Source: a virus (Duplodnaviria; Caudoviricetes). From it: a stretch of 64,000 bases of DNA. Below are positions 1 through 9,661 of the stretch, one piece after another. The stretch lies in IMG/VR virus record IMGVR_UViG_3300021399_000113, positions 32,001-96,000 of that record; one strand, given 5' to 3'. Numbering within the stretch: the stretch's first letter is position 1; the number at the start of each line of letters is the position of its first letter. Position numbers and translations under genes: made by a program. The notes under the pieces are model-generated. The model was given only the letters and a program-made list of their open reading frames with translations, did not search any database and had not been told where the DNA came from.

Positions 1-301
1 TCCTTTAACTCTAAGAAGTTTAAGGCAGACCATCCCGAAGACTATGCACAGTATTGTGATGAGAAGGTAAATACTTACTTCACAATCACAAGAACAGTTG
101 ATGCAAAGGGGGTTTGATTATGTACAGGGGCTATAAGATTTCTCATAGAGGCTACTGCTGGGTTGTAACATCACCCAGTGGTAAGGTATGGACAGAGGAT
201 ACCCTTGACGATGCGTATAACGCTATTGACGAGGATATTGTTAATGAATGACATAAACACCTAAAGGTGATTATGATATAATTTTTCGGAGGAAAATTAA
301 A

Positions 302-1315
302 ATGATTGTTGTTGGTATTATTTGTGTACTTGTTGCGCTCATTGCGCTCATTGTTGCTGTAGTTGCACGTAAGGAACGTAGTGAAGAATGTAGAGAGGTT
401 AGTGCAGTTAGTACAGTTATTGCTGTAGTTGCATTGGTAATCGGACTTTTGTTAGGTGGGCTTTCTTTCTTTACCACAATCCCCACTGGGCATACAGGTA
501 TTGTCACTTTGTTTGGTAAGGTTGAAAATTATACCTTACAGTCGGGTATTCACACTGTAAACCCTTTTGCACGTGTAATTGAAATGGACAATCGTGTTCA
601 GAAGAAGACAATTGAACTATCTTGTTTCTCATCTGACATTCAAGAGGTAAAGTGTTCTTATACACTTAACTATCAGATTTCCAAGGAAAATGCACAAGAG
701 ATTTACAAGTCAATTGGTAAGGATTATTATGACACTGCTATCTCCCCTAACATTGCGGAAAGTGTAAAGACCATTGTAGCTCATTACAATGCAGAGGAAC
801 TTGTAGCAAATCGTGATAAGTTGGCAAGCGAGATTGAGACGCTTCTTAAGCAGAAGCTTACCGACTATTACATTGAAGTAGTAAGTACCGCAGTAGAGGA
901 TTTGGATTTCACAGACGCTTTCACAAATGCAGTAGAAAGCAAACAGGTTGCTGTTCAGAATAAGTTAAAAGCACAGACCGAACAGGAACAGAAGACAATG
1001 GAAGCAAAGCAAACAGCGGAACGTGCAAAGATACAGGCAGAGGCAGACAAAGAAATTGCACGAATTAAGGCAGAAGCAGACGCAGAAGCCTCTCGCATTA
1101 ACGCTGAGGCTGACTTAAAGGTACAGCAGATTAATGCCGATGCCACTGAGTATGTTGGACAGAAGGAATCCGCAAAGAACAAGGCGATTAGTGAAAGCCT
1201 TACTGATGAACTTCTTCGTTACTACTTTATAACACAGTGGGATGGAAAGTACCCCGACTATTATGTAGGTTCTGATAATATCAGCACTATTGTAGGACTT
1301 CCCACTGGTCAGTAA
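302..1315 (+). CDS. SPFH/Band 7 (prohibitin-like) membrane protein
   Basis: N-terminal TM helices; GHTGIVTLFGKV...GIH.VNPF SPFH start; C-terminal AE/AQ coiled coil and QWDGK.P ending. Confidence 0.85.
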   Translation: MIVVGIICVLVALIALIVAVVARKERSEECREVSAVSTVIAVVALVIGLLLGGLSFFTTIPTGHTGIVTLFGKVENYTLQSGIHTVNPFARVIEMDNRVQKKTIELSCFSSDIQEVKCSYTLNYQISKENAQEIYKSIGKDYYDTAISPNIAESVKTIVAHYNAEELVANRDKLASEIETLLKQKLTDYYIEVVSTAVEDLDFTDAFTNAVESKQVAVQNKLKAQTEQEQKTMEAKQTAERAKIQAEADKEIARIKAEADAEASRINAEADLKVQQINADATEYVGQKESAKNKAISESLTDELLRYYFITQWDGKYPDYYVGSDNISTIVGLPTGQ

Positions 1316-1350
1316 CACTTTATTAAAATCTAATAGCATAAGGAGATACC

Positions 1351-1824
1351 ATGAGCACAAAAACACAGACACAGATGAAGAAACATGGTGAAAGAATTGC
1401 ATCTACTAAGAGAGTTAGGGAGCGTCAGAAGAGGATAGCAGAAATACAGTCACAATGGTGGAATCCCAATTACTATCTTCAGAATTACAGGTACACTTCT
1501 GATATTGTTGAGGTGGTAAATCCCGCACACTATTACACTGAGTATCTGTTTGAAAACAGATATGATGCAACGAAGGGGTGTGTTAGACCAGTTATTGTAG
1601 CCACAGAGGTATTTGTTCCCGAAGAGACTGTGACAAAGCACATTAATCATAGGAGAGTGGATATAAAACCTTATGTGAAGAGATTGTACAAGCCTTGGAA
1701 GAAGAGGTTAAAGGATGACTCGCACCGCAGAGAACGTAGATTCTATAGAAATATTAAAGAGACAGACGAGGACAAGCCTTTACTTCACAAGAAGAATTTT
1801 GGTGACGCTTGGGAGTGGGATTAA
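1351..1824 (+). CDS. hypothetical basic protein
   Basis: 157-aa ORF with AAGGAG RBS. Confidence 0.65.
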   Translation: MSTKTQTQMKKHGERIASTKRVRERQKRIAEIQSQWWNPNYYLQNYRYTSDIVEVVNPAHYYTEYLFENRYDATKGCVRPVIVATEVFVPEETVTKHINHRRVDIKPYVKRLYKPWKKRLKDDSHRRERRFYRNIKETDEDKPLLHKKNFGDAWEWD

Positions 1825-1831
1825 ATAACTA

Positions 1832-1860
1832 TTGACATAATTTAAGTCATGTGATATAAT
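1832..1860 (+). promoter_or_regulatory. sigma70/SigA-type promoter
   Basis: TTGACA-N17-TATAAT with TG extended -10. Confidence 0.8.
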
Positions 1861-1884
1861 GCTTATGTTCGGAGGTAGAAGAAT

Positions 1885-2055
1885 ATGAGCATTATATCTA
1901 TTGATAAGAGAAGTAAAAAGGCACAGAGAGCATATTATGCATCCATGCGTGTACTTCATGGATTTAATACTGGTACACGTACTATGAAGGATAATAAGCA
2001 TAAATCAAGAAACCGCCTTAAGGCTGAGTTAAGGCGAGACCTAAATGGGAGGTAA
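1885..2055 (+). CDS. small basic hypothetical protein (56 aa, not in ORF track)
   Basis: GGAGG RBS, ATG at 1885, MSIISIDKRSKKAQRAYY...LNGR*, directly after the promoter. Confidence 0.65.
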   Translation: MSIISIDKRSKKAQRAYYASMRVLHGFNTGTRTMKDNKHKSRNRLKAELRRDLNGR

Positions 2056-2059
2056 ATGT

Positions 2060-3295
2060 ATGTTAAATAAGGATGGCATTAGAGAATTAGCCTATGTGGT
2101 AACTATTGATGCTATTGAGCCTATTGTTGGCTCTGACAACTGTGAGTCAGCCGTAGTTGGTGGATGGCATTGCATGGTAAGAAAGAATACTCTCAAGGCG
2201 GGTGATAAGGCTGTATATTTTGAGATTGATTCTCATCTTGATACGACAAAGCCAGAGTTTGCCTTTCTCGAAAAGAAGCACGGCAATATTAAGACACAGA
2301 AGTACACCTTTGGTGGCAAGAACGAGGGGTATTTCTCACAGGGTCTGATTATGGGCTTTGAGGATTTAAACCTCAATGCAGATGAGTACGAGGTTGGGGA
2401 TTTCCTCACTGCTACACTTGGGGTAACTTATGCGGAAGTGGAAGATAATAGTCGTAAGGCTAAGTCTGACCCCGATGCAAAGTACAAGACTGTACTGCGT
2501 AGACATCCTAAGTTAGCCAAGAAATTTGGTAAGTTCATTATGTCTCACACATGGGCAAAGAAGCTTATGTATTTCTTCTTACATAAGAAGAATGATAAGA
2601 AGAGCGAATTCCCTTCTTGGGTAGTTAAGACAGATGAGGAACGCATTCAGAACTTGTCTGGTCGTATTCCAGAGTTCAGACAAGAGCGCTGGGTTGCCAC
2701 TGAAAAGGTAGATGGGACATCTACAACATTCTCTCTTAAGAAGAACAAAAAGGGATTTGATTATTACGTATGTTCTCGTAATGTAGTAATGAAGAGTCCT
2801 TCTATGTACAACACCAAGAAGAAGTGCTATTATGACACAGCCACAGATGATGGCAATGTATACCTTGAGATGGATAAGAAGTACAACATGGAAGACAAGA
2901 TGACCAAGATGTTTAAGAATGAAGCTGTCATAGAAGACAACTTAGACTTTCTTACTGTTCAAGGGGAAACTTATGGTGGGAACATTCAGAAGCGTAAGTA
3001 CGGAACAGAGCATAATCTGGCAGTCTTCAATGTAATCTTTGGATATACAGATGGAAAGACAAAAAGGCTTAATCCTTTTGAGATGCAGGAATTCTGTGAT
3101 TATTATGGACTTCCTACTGTTCCAGTACTCACAGAGATTGAACTTCCAGATTCTGTAGATGGAATTCTCGCCCTTGCTGGCGGTGAGTCAGTAATTGATG
3201 GTGGTATGCGTGAGGGTCTTGTATTCAGAACACTTGATGGCAAAAAGTCATTTAAAGCAGTTGATAATGAGTTCCTTGCCAAGTATCATGGCTAA
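2060..3295 (+). CDS. ATP-dependent RNA ligase (Rnl2/DRB0094-like) with N-terminal OB-like domain
   Basis: KTDEERIQN, motif I TEKVDGTS, VCSRN, QGETYG, REGLVFR, SFKAVDNEFL. Confidence 0.9.
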   Translation: MLNKDGIRELAYVVTIDAIEPIVGSDNCESAVVGGWHCMVRKNTLKAGDKAVYFEIDSHLDTTKPEFAFLEKKHGNIKTQKYTFGGKNEGYFSQGLIMGFEDLNLNADEYEVGDFLTATLGVTYAEVEDNSRKAKSDPDAKYKTVLRRHPKLAKKFGKFIMSHTWAKKLMYFFLHKKNDKKSEFPSWVVKTDEERIQNLSGRIPEFRQERWVATEKVDGTSTTFSLKKNKKGFDYYVCSRNVVMKSPSMYNTKKKCYYDTATDDGNVYLEMDKKYNMEDKMTKMFKNEAVIEDNLDFLTVQGETYGGNIQKRKYGTEHNLAVFNVIFGYTDGKTKRLNPFEMQEFCDYYGLPTVPVLTEIELPDSVDGILALAGGESVIDGGMREGLVFRTLDGKKSFKAVDNEFLAKYHG

Positions 3296-3307
3296 TTAAA
3301 TAAAGTA

Positions 3308-3336
3308 TTGACAAACCCTCTGAAATGTTATATAAT
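3308..3336 (+). promoter_or_regulatory. sigma70/SigA-type promoter
   Basis: TTGACA-N17-TATAAT. Confidence 0.75.
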
Positions 3337-3368
3337 ATGTTATATAACAGAGTAGGAGGATTTTTGAT

Positions 3369-3875
3369 ATGACTTTATATGTACTTTGCGGAGTTAGTGG
3401 CAGTGGTAAATCTACATATGGAAATTGGCTTGCAAAAGAGAAGGGTGCTTGCGTAGTTGCTACTGATGATATAAGAGAAGAATTATTTGGAAATGCAAGT
3501 GTGCAGGATAATCCTAAGCTCGTGTTTGATACTGCTTATGCGAGGGTAAGGGGATTGTTGGAAAGTGGGAAAGATGTGGTATTTGACGCTACTAACCTTG
3601 ATAAGTACAGAAGAGCGATTATTAAGTATTGTAGCGATTTGAACAGTGTTAGGTATGAGTTACATATTATCCCTGCTACCTATGAACAGTGTGTTTATAG
3701 GCAGTCATTAAGGGGACGTAAAGTTCCTGTTGATGTTGTTTATAGACAGTGGGAAAAGTTTAATCGCAATGATTTTAAGGCAGAGTATAAGTTAGGCAAG
3801 TGGGACAGAATCATTGCAGTGGAAAAGACTAATGATGGGTACAAAGTTATTACAGATTATTCGGAGGAAAATTAA
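3369..3875 (+). CDS. polynucleotide kinase (P-loop, AAA_33-like)
   Basis: GVSGSGKST Walker A, D.IR.EL, VVFDATNL, R...R.RKVP; next to RNA ligase. Confidence 0.85.
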   Translation: MTLYVLCGVSGSGKSTYGNWLAKEKGACVVATDDIREELFGNASVQDNPKLVFDTAYARVRGLLESGKDVVFDATNLDKYRRAIIKYCSDLNSVRYELHIIPATYEQCVYRQSLRGRKVPVDVVYRQWEKFNRNDFKAEYKLGKWDRIIAVEKTNDGYKVITDYSEEN

Positions 3876-4583
3876 GTGCTTAATAAGGAACAAATAGAAG
3901 AGAATAAAGCCAAGTTTCTTGAATTACTTGAAAAGATAAAAGAGTACAGAACTGGTGTTGATTGGGATAAGTTAACAAACTATCTTGAAACGTCTGGATT
4001 TTTTACTGCACCTGCAAGTAGACTTCTCCACTCAGCCTATATGGGTGGGCTGTGTGAACATTCACTCAATACTTATGAGGCTATGATGGTGTTGGTGGAT
4101 ATGACATTTCCAGATGAGGTTGTCACTGAGGAAGATGGCACAGTAAAGAGTAACCCTACGTGCCCTTATGCTTGGAATGTGCTGGCTACTGTTGCTCTGC
4201 TCCATGACATTGGAAAAGCAAACTTGTATGAAGCATCAGTGCGAAATAAAAAGGTGTACAGTGCATCGGGCACTAAGTATGACCAGTTAGGCAAATATGA
4301 TTGGATAAGTGAGCCAAGTTGGGAAAAGCGTGAGCTTGACCAGCGATTTATGTATGGAAATACTGAAGAGAATTCAGTGTTCAAATTACTTGAGTTTATG
4401 AAGCTCAGTAAAGAAGAGACAGTCGCTATTCTTCATCACAGCGGTTATTTCGCAGATAACTATGAACGCACCATAGAGTATGCCTATGCTTACTCTAAGT
4501 CTCCACTTTGTGCACTTCTACACCTCGCAGATGAATATGCAATGTATTTAATGGAGTGCAACGATTTAGTTAATTATGAATAA
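3876..4583 (+). CDS. HD-domain phosphohydrolase
   Basis: FFTAPAS..H..Y.GGLCEHS, LLHDIGK, ILHH, LHLAD. Confidence 0.85.
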   Translation: MLNKEQIEENKAKFLELLEKIKEYRTGVDWDKLTNYLETSGFFTAPASRLLHSAYMGGLCEHSLNTYEAMMVLVDMTFPDEVVTEEDGTVKSNPTCPYAWNVLATVALLHDIGKANLYEASVRNKKVYSASGTKYDQLGKYDWISEPSWEKRELDQRFMYGNTEENSVFKLLEFMKLSKEETVAILHHSGYFADNYERTIEYAYAYSKSPLCALLHLADEYAMYLMECNDLVNYE

Positions 4584-4950
4584 AACAATAAAAGAGCAGT
4601 TGGACAGAGTGAGTGGGTTACCGCCTTATGACGATAACACCACCACTCTGCATATAGATTGTAAGTCATCAAATCAATCAGCCTATACTGTAGGCAGAAT
4701 GTATATATTACAGCTTGCTAACTATCTCACAAACCCACCCGCTGGCTTTATGTTAGCATCACAGTGGAATAAAGGAATATCCCCACAATCTGAGTATATT
4801 AGATGTGAGGTCTTACAGATTATGGGCAAAATGATACGAGTTGGTGCTATTGGGTTTGATGTAGCTAACAACAGAGATAAAGATGATGTGTATGAGTCTT
4901 TGTGGTTACCTGTCAGTGGACTTAAAATAATAAGATATTTAGGAGCATAA
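4576..4950 (+). CDS. hypothetical protein
   Basis: ORF tightly coupled between HD gene and dnaX. Confidence 0.6.
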   Translation: MNKTIKEQLDRVSGLPPYDDNTTTLHIDCKSSNQSAYTVGRMYILQLANYLTNPPAGFMLASQWNKGISPQSEYIRCEVLQIMGKMIRVGAIGFDVANNRDKDDVYESLWLPVSGLKIIRYLGA

Positions 4951-7053
4951 ATGGAATCATTAGCAGTAAAATACAGACCTCAGACTTTGGAAGAGATTGT
5001 CAGCCAAGAGAGTGTTACAAAAATTCTTGCACGACAAGTATCTGAGGGTAAAATAAAGAATTGCTATTTATTTACAGGTGCGTCTGGTTGTGGAAAAACT
5101 ACAACTGCACGTGCATTAGCAAGGTTGATTAATGGCAATTCTAATGGGGTGATTGAGGTAGATGGTGCTTCAAACAATGGGGTAGACAATATTCGTGCCC
5201 TTATCACTTCCGCTTCAGAACGTGCTATTGGGGCAGAATATAAGATTATAATCATGGATGAGTGCTTTACCGAGAACACTAACATCATCACCTCTGTAGG
5301 CAATAAGGCGATTAAGGATGTGCAAGTGGGCGATTTAGTCCTTACATTAGATGGATTTAAAAAGGTTGTTAAGACTTTTAATAAAGAAATTGATAGTAAC
5401 CGTCTTGTGTCCGTTAAACTTAATAATTCAAAAAAGGTTGATGTTACAGACAACCATTTGTTTTTAACAGTGAATGGTTGGGTAAAAGCAAAAGACTTGA
5501 GAGAGGGCGATGTTTTAATTGACAATCAAAGTGTGTCCCGTTTGTGGCAAGGAATATCAGACACGGAACACAACTTGTTCGATGGAATGTGGACGAATAC
5601 TTCAGTGGCAACAGAGGCACAAAAAGTATTCTCCCAAAAAGTACACGCATACTTGTGTAATTTGTGGAAAGATGTGGGAAACAACACACAGAAGAACACC
5701 GCAGACCTGTTCAATGGAATGCTATTCGACACTGCTTACAAAAAGGCAGAAGGAGCAATATGCCTCCGAACTTGGGATGGAACGCAAGAAATTAGCATCA
5801 GAAAATGCGAAGAAGTGTCTGATACAGACACCCGAAATGAGGCTAAAGAGTTCAATCCGAATGAAGCTGTACAATCCAATGGCAAACAGTACATCAATAC
5901 AAAAGATGCTACAGACGAAGAATACTCATGGAACACTTCATTGTTGGACAGGACAGCGTGGGGGGAATGGACATTATACACACCAACAGTTGATTTTGAA
6001 AGAGAATTTGGGGAGTGCTTGGGAGTTGGAATATCCAATAGCAACGGGGATAACAAGGGCAAACAACCTAAACAAATATCCTACTTGTTACAAGTTAGAC
6101 CTTGCTTGTCCCGAAAAAATGATTGGGATAGAGGTGGATGGCAAAACTCACTTGCGGAAAGAACAACAATACAGAGACTTGAAGAAGACAAACTTTTTGG
6201 AACAGTTAGGGTGGAAAGTGTTGAGGTTTACCAACGCACAGATAGACACAGAATTGAAGAGGGTATTAGAAACAGTACAAGGGTATATGATTTAGCGGTA
6301 GAAGATTGCCCAACATATTTTGCAAACGGGGTGTGTGTACATAATTGCCATATGATAACAGTGCAAGGTTGGAATGCCTTTCTCAAAACGTTGGAAGAGC
6401 CTCCGAAATACACTATCTTTATGTTCTGCACTACAAACCCAGAGAAGATACCGATTACAGTTCTTAACCGATTACAGAGGTTTAATCTTCAGCGTATTCC
6501 AGCAAACAAGATAGAAGAGAGGTTAAATTTTATTTGTAAACAAGAATTGTTTACAAATTATAAAGAGGCTTGCGCTTACATCTCAAAGATTAGTAATGGA
6601 CAGATGAGAGACGCTATTACTGCCCTTGATAAGTGTGCAAGTTATGACACTGATTTGTCTATTGATAAGGTACTGTTTGCTTTGGGAAACTTCTCCTATG
6701 ATATGTTCTTTGATTTACTCAACGCTATCATAGATGATAATGAGGGGGCAGTACTACAGATTATCAACAGTATTTACTATGATGGTAAGGATTTAAATCA
6801 GTTTATAATCAGTTTCACAGCTTTTATTCTTGATGTAACCAAGTATCTTATTTTTGGAAACTTTGATGTTCTTCAGATACCTACATCATACCAGAATGCG
6901 TTGGACAATGTAATTAAGATAGAAAACGTGCAGTTATATTATAATTATCTAATTGATATGTTGTACAAGCTGAGAGAGGCAGTTAAGTTTGACACTGACA
7001 TTAAATCCACTTCGGAAATTTTATTCTTAAAGATGGCAAGGAACATCGAATGA
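4951..7053 (+). CDS. dnaX: DNA polymerase III gamma/tau clamp-loader subunit, intein-containing
   Basis: LAVKYRPQT, GASGCGKTT, DGASNNGVDNIR, Walker B DE|CH split by intein, NAFLKTLEEPP, GQMRDA. Confidence 0.93.
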   Translation: MESLAVKYRPQTLEEIVSQESVTKILARQVSEGKIKNCYLFTGASGCGKTTTARALARLINGNSNGVIEVDGASNNGVDNIRALITSASERAIGAEYKIIIMDECFTENTNIITSVGNKAIKDVQVGDLVLTLDGFKKVVKTFNKEIDSNRLVSVKLNNSKKVDVTDNHLFLTVNGWVKAKDLREGDVLIDNQSVSRLWQGISDTEHNLFDGMWTNTSVATEAQKVFSQKVHAYLCNLWKDVGNNTQKNTADLFNGMLFDTAYKKAEGAICLRTWDGTQEISIRKCEEVSDTDTRNEAKEFNPNEAVQSNGKQYINTKDATDEEYSWNTSLLDRTAWGEWTLYTPTVDFEREFGECLGVGISNSNGDNKGKQPKQISYLLQVRPCLSRKNDWDRGGWQNSLAERTTIQRLEEDKLFGTVRVESVEVYQRTDRHRIEEGIRNSTRVYDLAVEDCPTYFANGVCVHNCHMITVQGWNAFLKTLEEPPKYTIFMFCTTNPEKIPITVLNRLQRFNLQRIPANKIEERLNFICKQELFTNYKEACAYISKISNGQMRDAITALDKCASYDTDLSIDKVLFALGNFSYDMFFDLLNAIIDDNEGAVLQIINSIYYDGKDLNQFIISFTAFILDVTKYLIFGNFDVLQIPTSYQNALDNVIKIENVQLYYNYLIDMLYKLREAVKFDTDIKSTSEILFLKMARNIE
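5263..6345 (+). mobile_element. intein (361 aa) in the DnaX Walker B motif
   Basis: Block A CFTENT after ...IMDE; block B VTDNHLFL; block F VYDLAVE..TYFANG; ends VHN before +1 Cys. Confidence 0.93.
5519..6295 (+). CDS. zinc-finger + DUF559/Vsr-like endonuclease nested in the +1 frame of the intein
   Basis: Two CxxC...CSMEC repeats; YKLDLA...IGIEVDGKTH...D..K..FLEQLGWKVLRFTN; TTG start with GAGAGGG upstream. Confidence 0.85.
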   Translation: MTIKVCPVCGKEYQTRNTTCSMECGRILQWQQRHKKYSPKKYTHTCVICGKMWETTHRRTPQTCSMECYSTLLTKRQKEQYASELGMERKKLASENAKKCLIQTPEMRLKSSIRMKLYNPMANSTSIQKMLQTKNTHGTLHCWTGQRGGNGHYTHQQLILKENLGSAWELEYPIATGITRANNLNKYPTCYKLDLACPEKMIGIEVDGKTHLRKEQQYRDLKKTNFLEQLGWKVLRFTNAQIDTELKRVLETVQGYMI

Positions 7054-7841
7054 TTAAGTTTCAAGATGATATTATCAACAAAATAGATACTACTGAGTTA
7101 AAAGATTTCCCCCACACATTGCTTTTGTTGGGGGATAGAGGCTGTGGAAAACACACTGTGTCCAACTATGTCTCTGAGACTAAAGGATTGCCTCTGTTTG
7201 ATATTACAGAAAGCCTTGACCTTGATACTCTTAATGGGATATACACAAATACGACATCCGCTATTTATCTGATAAATGCAGACAGCATTACAATAAAAGA
7301 GCAGAATGTTATATTGAAGTTCTTGGAAGAGCCATCAGACCTTATTTACATCATTCTATTATGTTCAAATAAGGCTATGCTGTTACCGACAATAACAAAT
7401 AGATGTGCAGTATGGGAGTTCCATAAACATACAAAAGAGGAACTTAAAGAATTTACTAATGATGAAAATGTGCTGGCTCTTTGTACAACAGTGGGACAGA
7501 TATTGGATTGTCAGACATTTGACTTAGTAGAAATGCAAGCCTATTGCACTAAGATATTTGAATGTATAAATCGTGCCAGCGTTCCCAATATTCTCTACGC
7601 TCTCCCCAAACATATAGCGTGGAAGGGTGAAAAAGATTTATACCCTATTGACATATTGTTCAAAATATTATATAATACAGTGTGCGATATGGTAATTAGT
7701 GGATATAATTGTTTTGATATGTGGGAACTTACACATAAATTCATTAATGATTTAAATATCCCAAACATTGACAAGAAACAGCGATATGAGAAATATTTGA
7801 TAGATTTACAGAATTGGTATAAGTATAAGGATGAGCATTGA
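7050..7841 (+). CDS. holB: DNA pol III delta-prime-like clamp-loader subunit
   Basis: HTLLLLGDRGCGK, QNVILKFLEEP, LLPTITNRC; coupled to dnaX. Confidence 0.8.
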   Translation: MIKFQDDIINKIDTTELKDFPHTLLLLGDRGCGKHTVSNYVSETKGLPLFDITESLDLDTLNGIYTNTTSAIYLINADSITIKEQNVILKFLEEPSDLIYIILLCSNKAMLLPTITNRCAVWEFHKHTKEELKEFTNDENVLALCTTVGQILDCQTFDLVEMQAYCTKIFECINRASVPNILYALPKHIAWKGEKDLYPIDILFKILYNTVCDMVISGYNCFDMWELTHKFINDLNIPNIDKKQRYEKYLIDLQNWYKYKDEH

Positions 7842-8751
7842 GGAATTAAAGCAGACAATTGAAAAGGGGAGCTGTCCATATCATGCTTTGATATTTGATT
7901 GTTCAAAGAGTGGGACGTTTATTGCAGAGCAATACATCAAGCAGATTGCTTTATTATTAAATAAAGACGTTGTTGGAATAGATGACCTTTCAGTTGTAGA
8001 ATCTGTCAACGACATGTTTTATGTGTCAGATAATAACGTACATGTGTATCATACAGATAACCTTGAAAAGTTGGACTATACAGATGCAGAGTTGTCGGAT
8101 TACTTTGTCTACATCATCGCAGATAAGGTGGATAAGACTATCAAAGAGCATTCAATCTATGTAGCACTTCCAGAATTAGAAGAGTGGTGTTTAAAGGATT
8201 TATTGTTCTCTTGCTGTGAGGGGGCAGATGAAGATGACCTTGAAAAACTTTTTAATCTGGTAAAAGCTAATCCTTTTAGAGTACAGCAAGAGATAGATAG
8301 GTTGTCCCTATTTCCTTCAGTTGAGCGTAAATACACGCTTAAAAGTTTTCTGTCCGATGGAATATATGATGATTTAAACACAGACACCACATTTGAGTTG
8401 GTCAATGCAATCTTACATAAAGACCGAAAAAAGATTGTGGTGATGCTTAAAAATCTTGATAAGATGGATATAAATGGATTTGGTTTGGCAAGTTTATTGT
8501 ACACACAATTTCGAAATGTAATTCTGGTGCAGTTATCCAAGACAAAAACAACAGAAGTTACTGGGTTACCATCAAATCAGATATACGCAATAAATAAATA
8601 TTCCACTGGGTACTACTCAAAAGACCAATTATTAAGTATATTTAAGCTGTTAACAGATGTACCTACATTGGTTAAGATGGGTAAACTTCCAGCGGAAGAT
8701 ATGATAAATTATATAATTATAAAAATAATGTTAATCGGAGGAATGACATAA
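7831..8751 (+). CDS. DNA pol III delta-like subunit (HolA-like)
   Basis: Position after dnaX/holB; QEIDRL, FELVNAIL, LYTQFRN..LV, D...K.G pattern of delta C-terminus. Confidence 0.65.
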   Translation: MSIEELKQTIEKGSCPYHALIFDCSKSGTFIAEQYIKQIALLLNKDVVGIDDLSVVESVNDMFYVSDNNVHVYHTDNLEKLDYTDAELSDYFVYIIADKVDKTIKEHSIYVALPELEEWCLKDLLFSCCEGADEDDLEKLFNLVKANPFRVQQEIDRLSLFPSVERKYTLKSFLSDGIYDDLNTDTTFELVNAILHKDRKKIVVMLKNLDKMDINGFGLASLLYTQFRNVILVQLSKTKTTEVTGLPSNQIYAINKYSTGYYSKDQLLSIFKLLTDVPTLVKMGKLPAEDMINYIIIKIMLIGGMT

Positions 8752-8880
8752 TGGCTGTGAATGAAGGACGTCTGATAACACATATTTTAAACGATATGAA
8801 GATTTTAATTTAGAGGAACAAACTCTAATAAAAGAAAAATTTACAGAATATTTTAATTAAGAAAGGAGTTATATATAGTC

Positions 8881-9661
8881 ATGTCAGTACGTGATAATTT
8901 AGGAACACGGCTTAAGACTAATTATGAGTCAGTGCCAAAAACTAAGTTAATGAAAAGAACGCCAGTGGCTATACGTCTTTGACGGCAAAGCCTTCCACAC
9001 CTTTACAAGAGGTATGAGAAAGCCATTTGACGCTATCCTTATGAATTCAATGCAGACAACTATGAGGTATTTGTGTGAACACATCCAAGGTTGTGTTTTT
9101 GGATATACTCAGTCAGATGAAATTACTTTGATTTTAACTGACTATGATAAGTTGACTACAGATGCTTGGTTTGATTATGAAGTACAGAAAGTGTGCAGTA
9201 TTTCAGCTTCTATGGCAACGATGATTTTTAATAAAGCTTTCTCTCAAGCAGTACGAAATTATTCTCTTATGGATTACATTGACATTGATGATAATTATTA
9301 CGATGCATTGTGCAAAGCTGTTAGTGCAGGTGCAATGTTTGATTCTCGTTGCTTCAATATTCCTAAAGAAGAAGTTGCAAATCTTGTGTGGTGGAGGGTG
9401 ATTGACGCTGTTAGAAATTCTATTCAGATGGTGGGTCAGGCAAATTTCAGTCACGCAGAATTGCAGAATAAAAGTCAGAATGATATTAAGCAGATGCTGT
9501 TGGAACAGAAGAATATCTGTTGGGAAGATTTTACCAGTGACTGTAAGAATGGTCTTTGCTATGCTAAGCTTGCAGATGGTTGGACAAGGATTGATACACC
9601 TTTTACACGTGTAGAATTAGGAGCATTGATTGACCCATTGGTATTTAAAGGAGAGCAGTAA
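8881..9661 (+). CDS. Thg1-like 3'-5' polymerase / tRNA-His guanylyltransferase; needs a +1 frameshift at 8977-8983
   Basis: Frame 0 gives MSVRDNLGTRLK..YE...PVAIRL*; +1 frame gives DGKAFHTFTRG..KPFD, GYTQSDEITL, FDSRCF, DAVRNSIQM. Confidence 0.85.

Noticed and set aside
8977-8983. Stop-codon reassignment (TGA readthrough) as the explanation for the Thg1 break
   Set aside because: The downstream conserved motif is in a different frame; TGA and TAG end other genes normally and no suppressor tRNA was seen.
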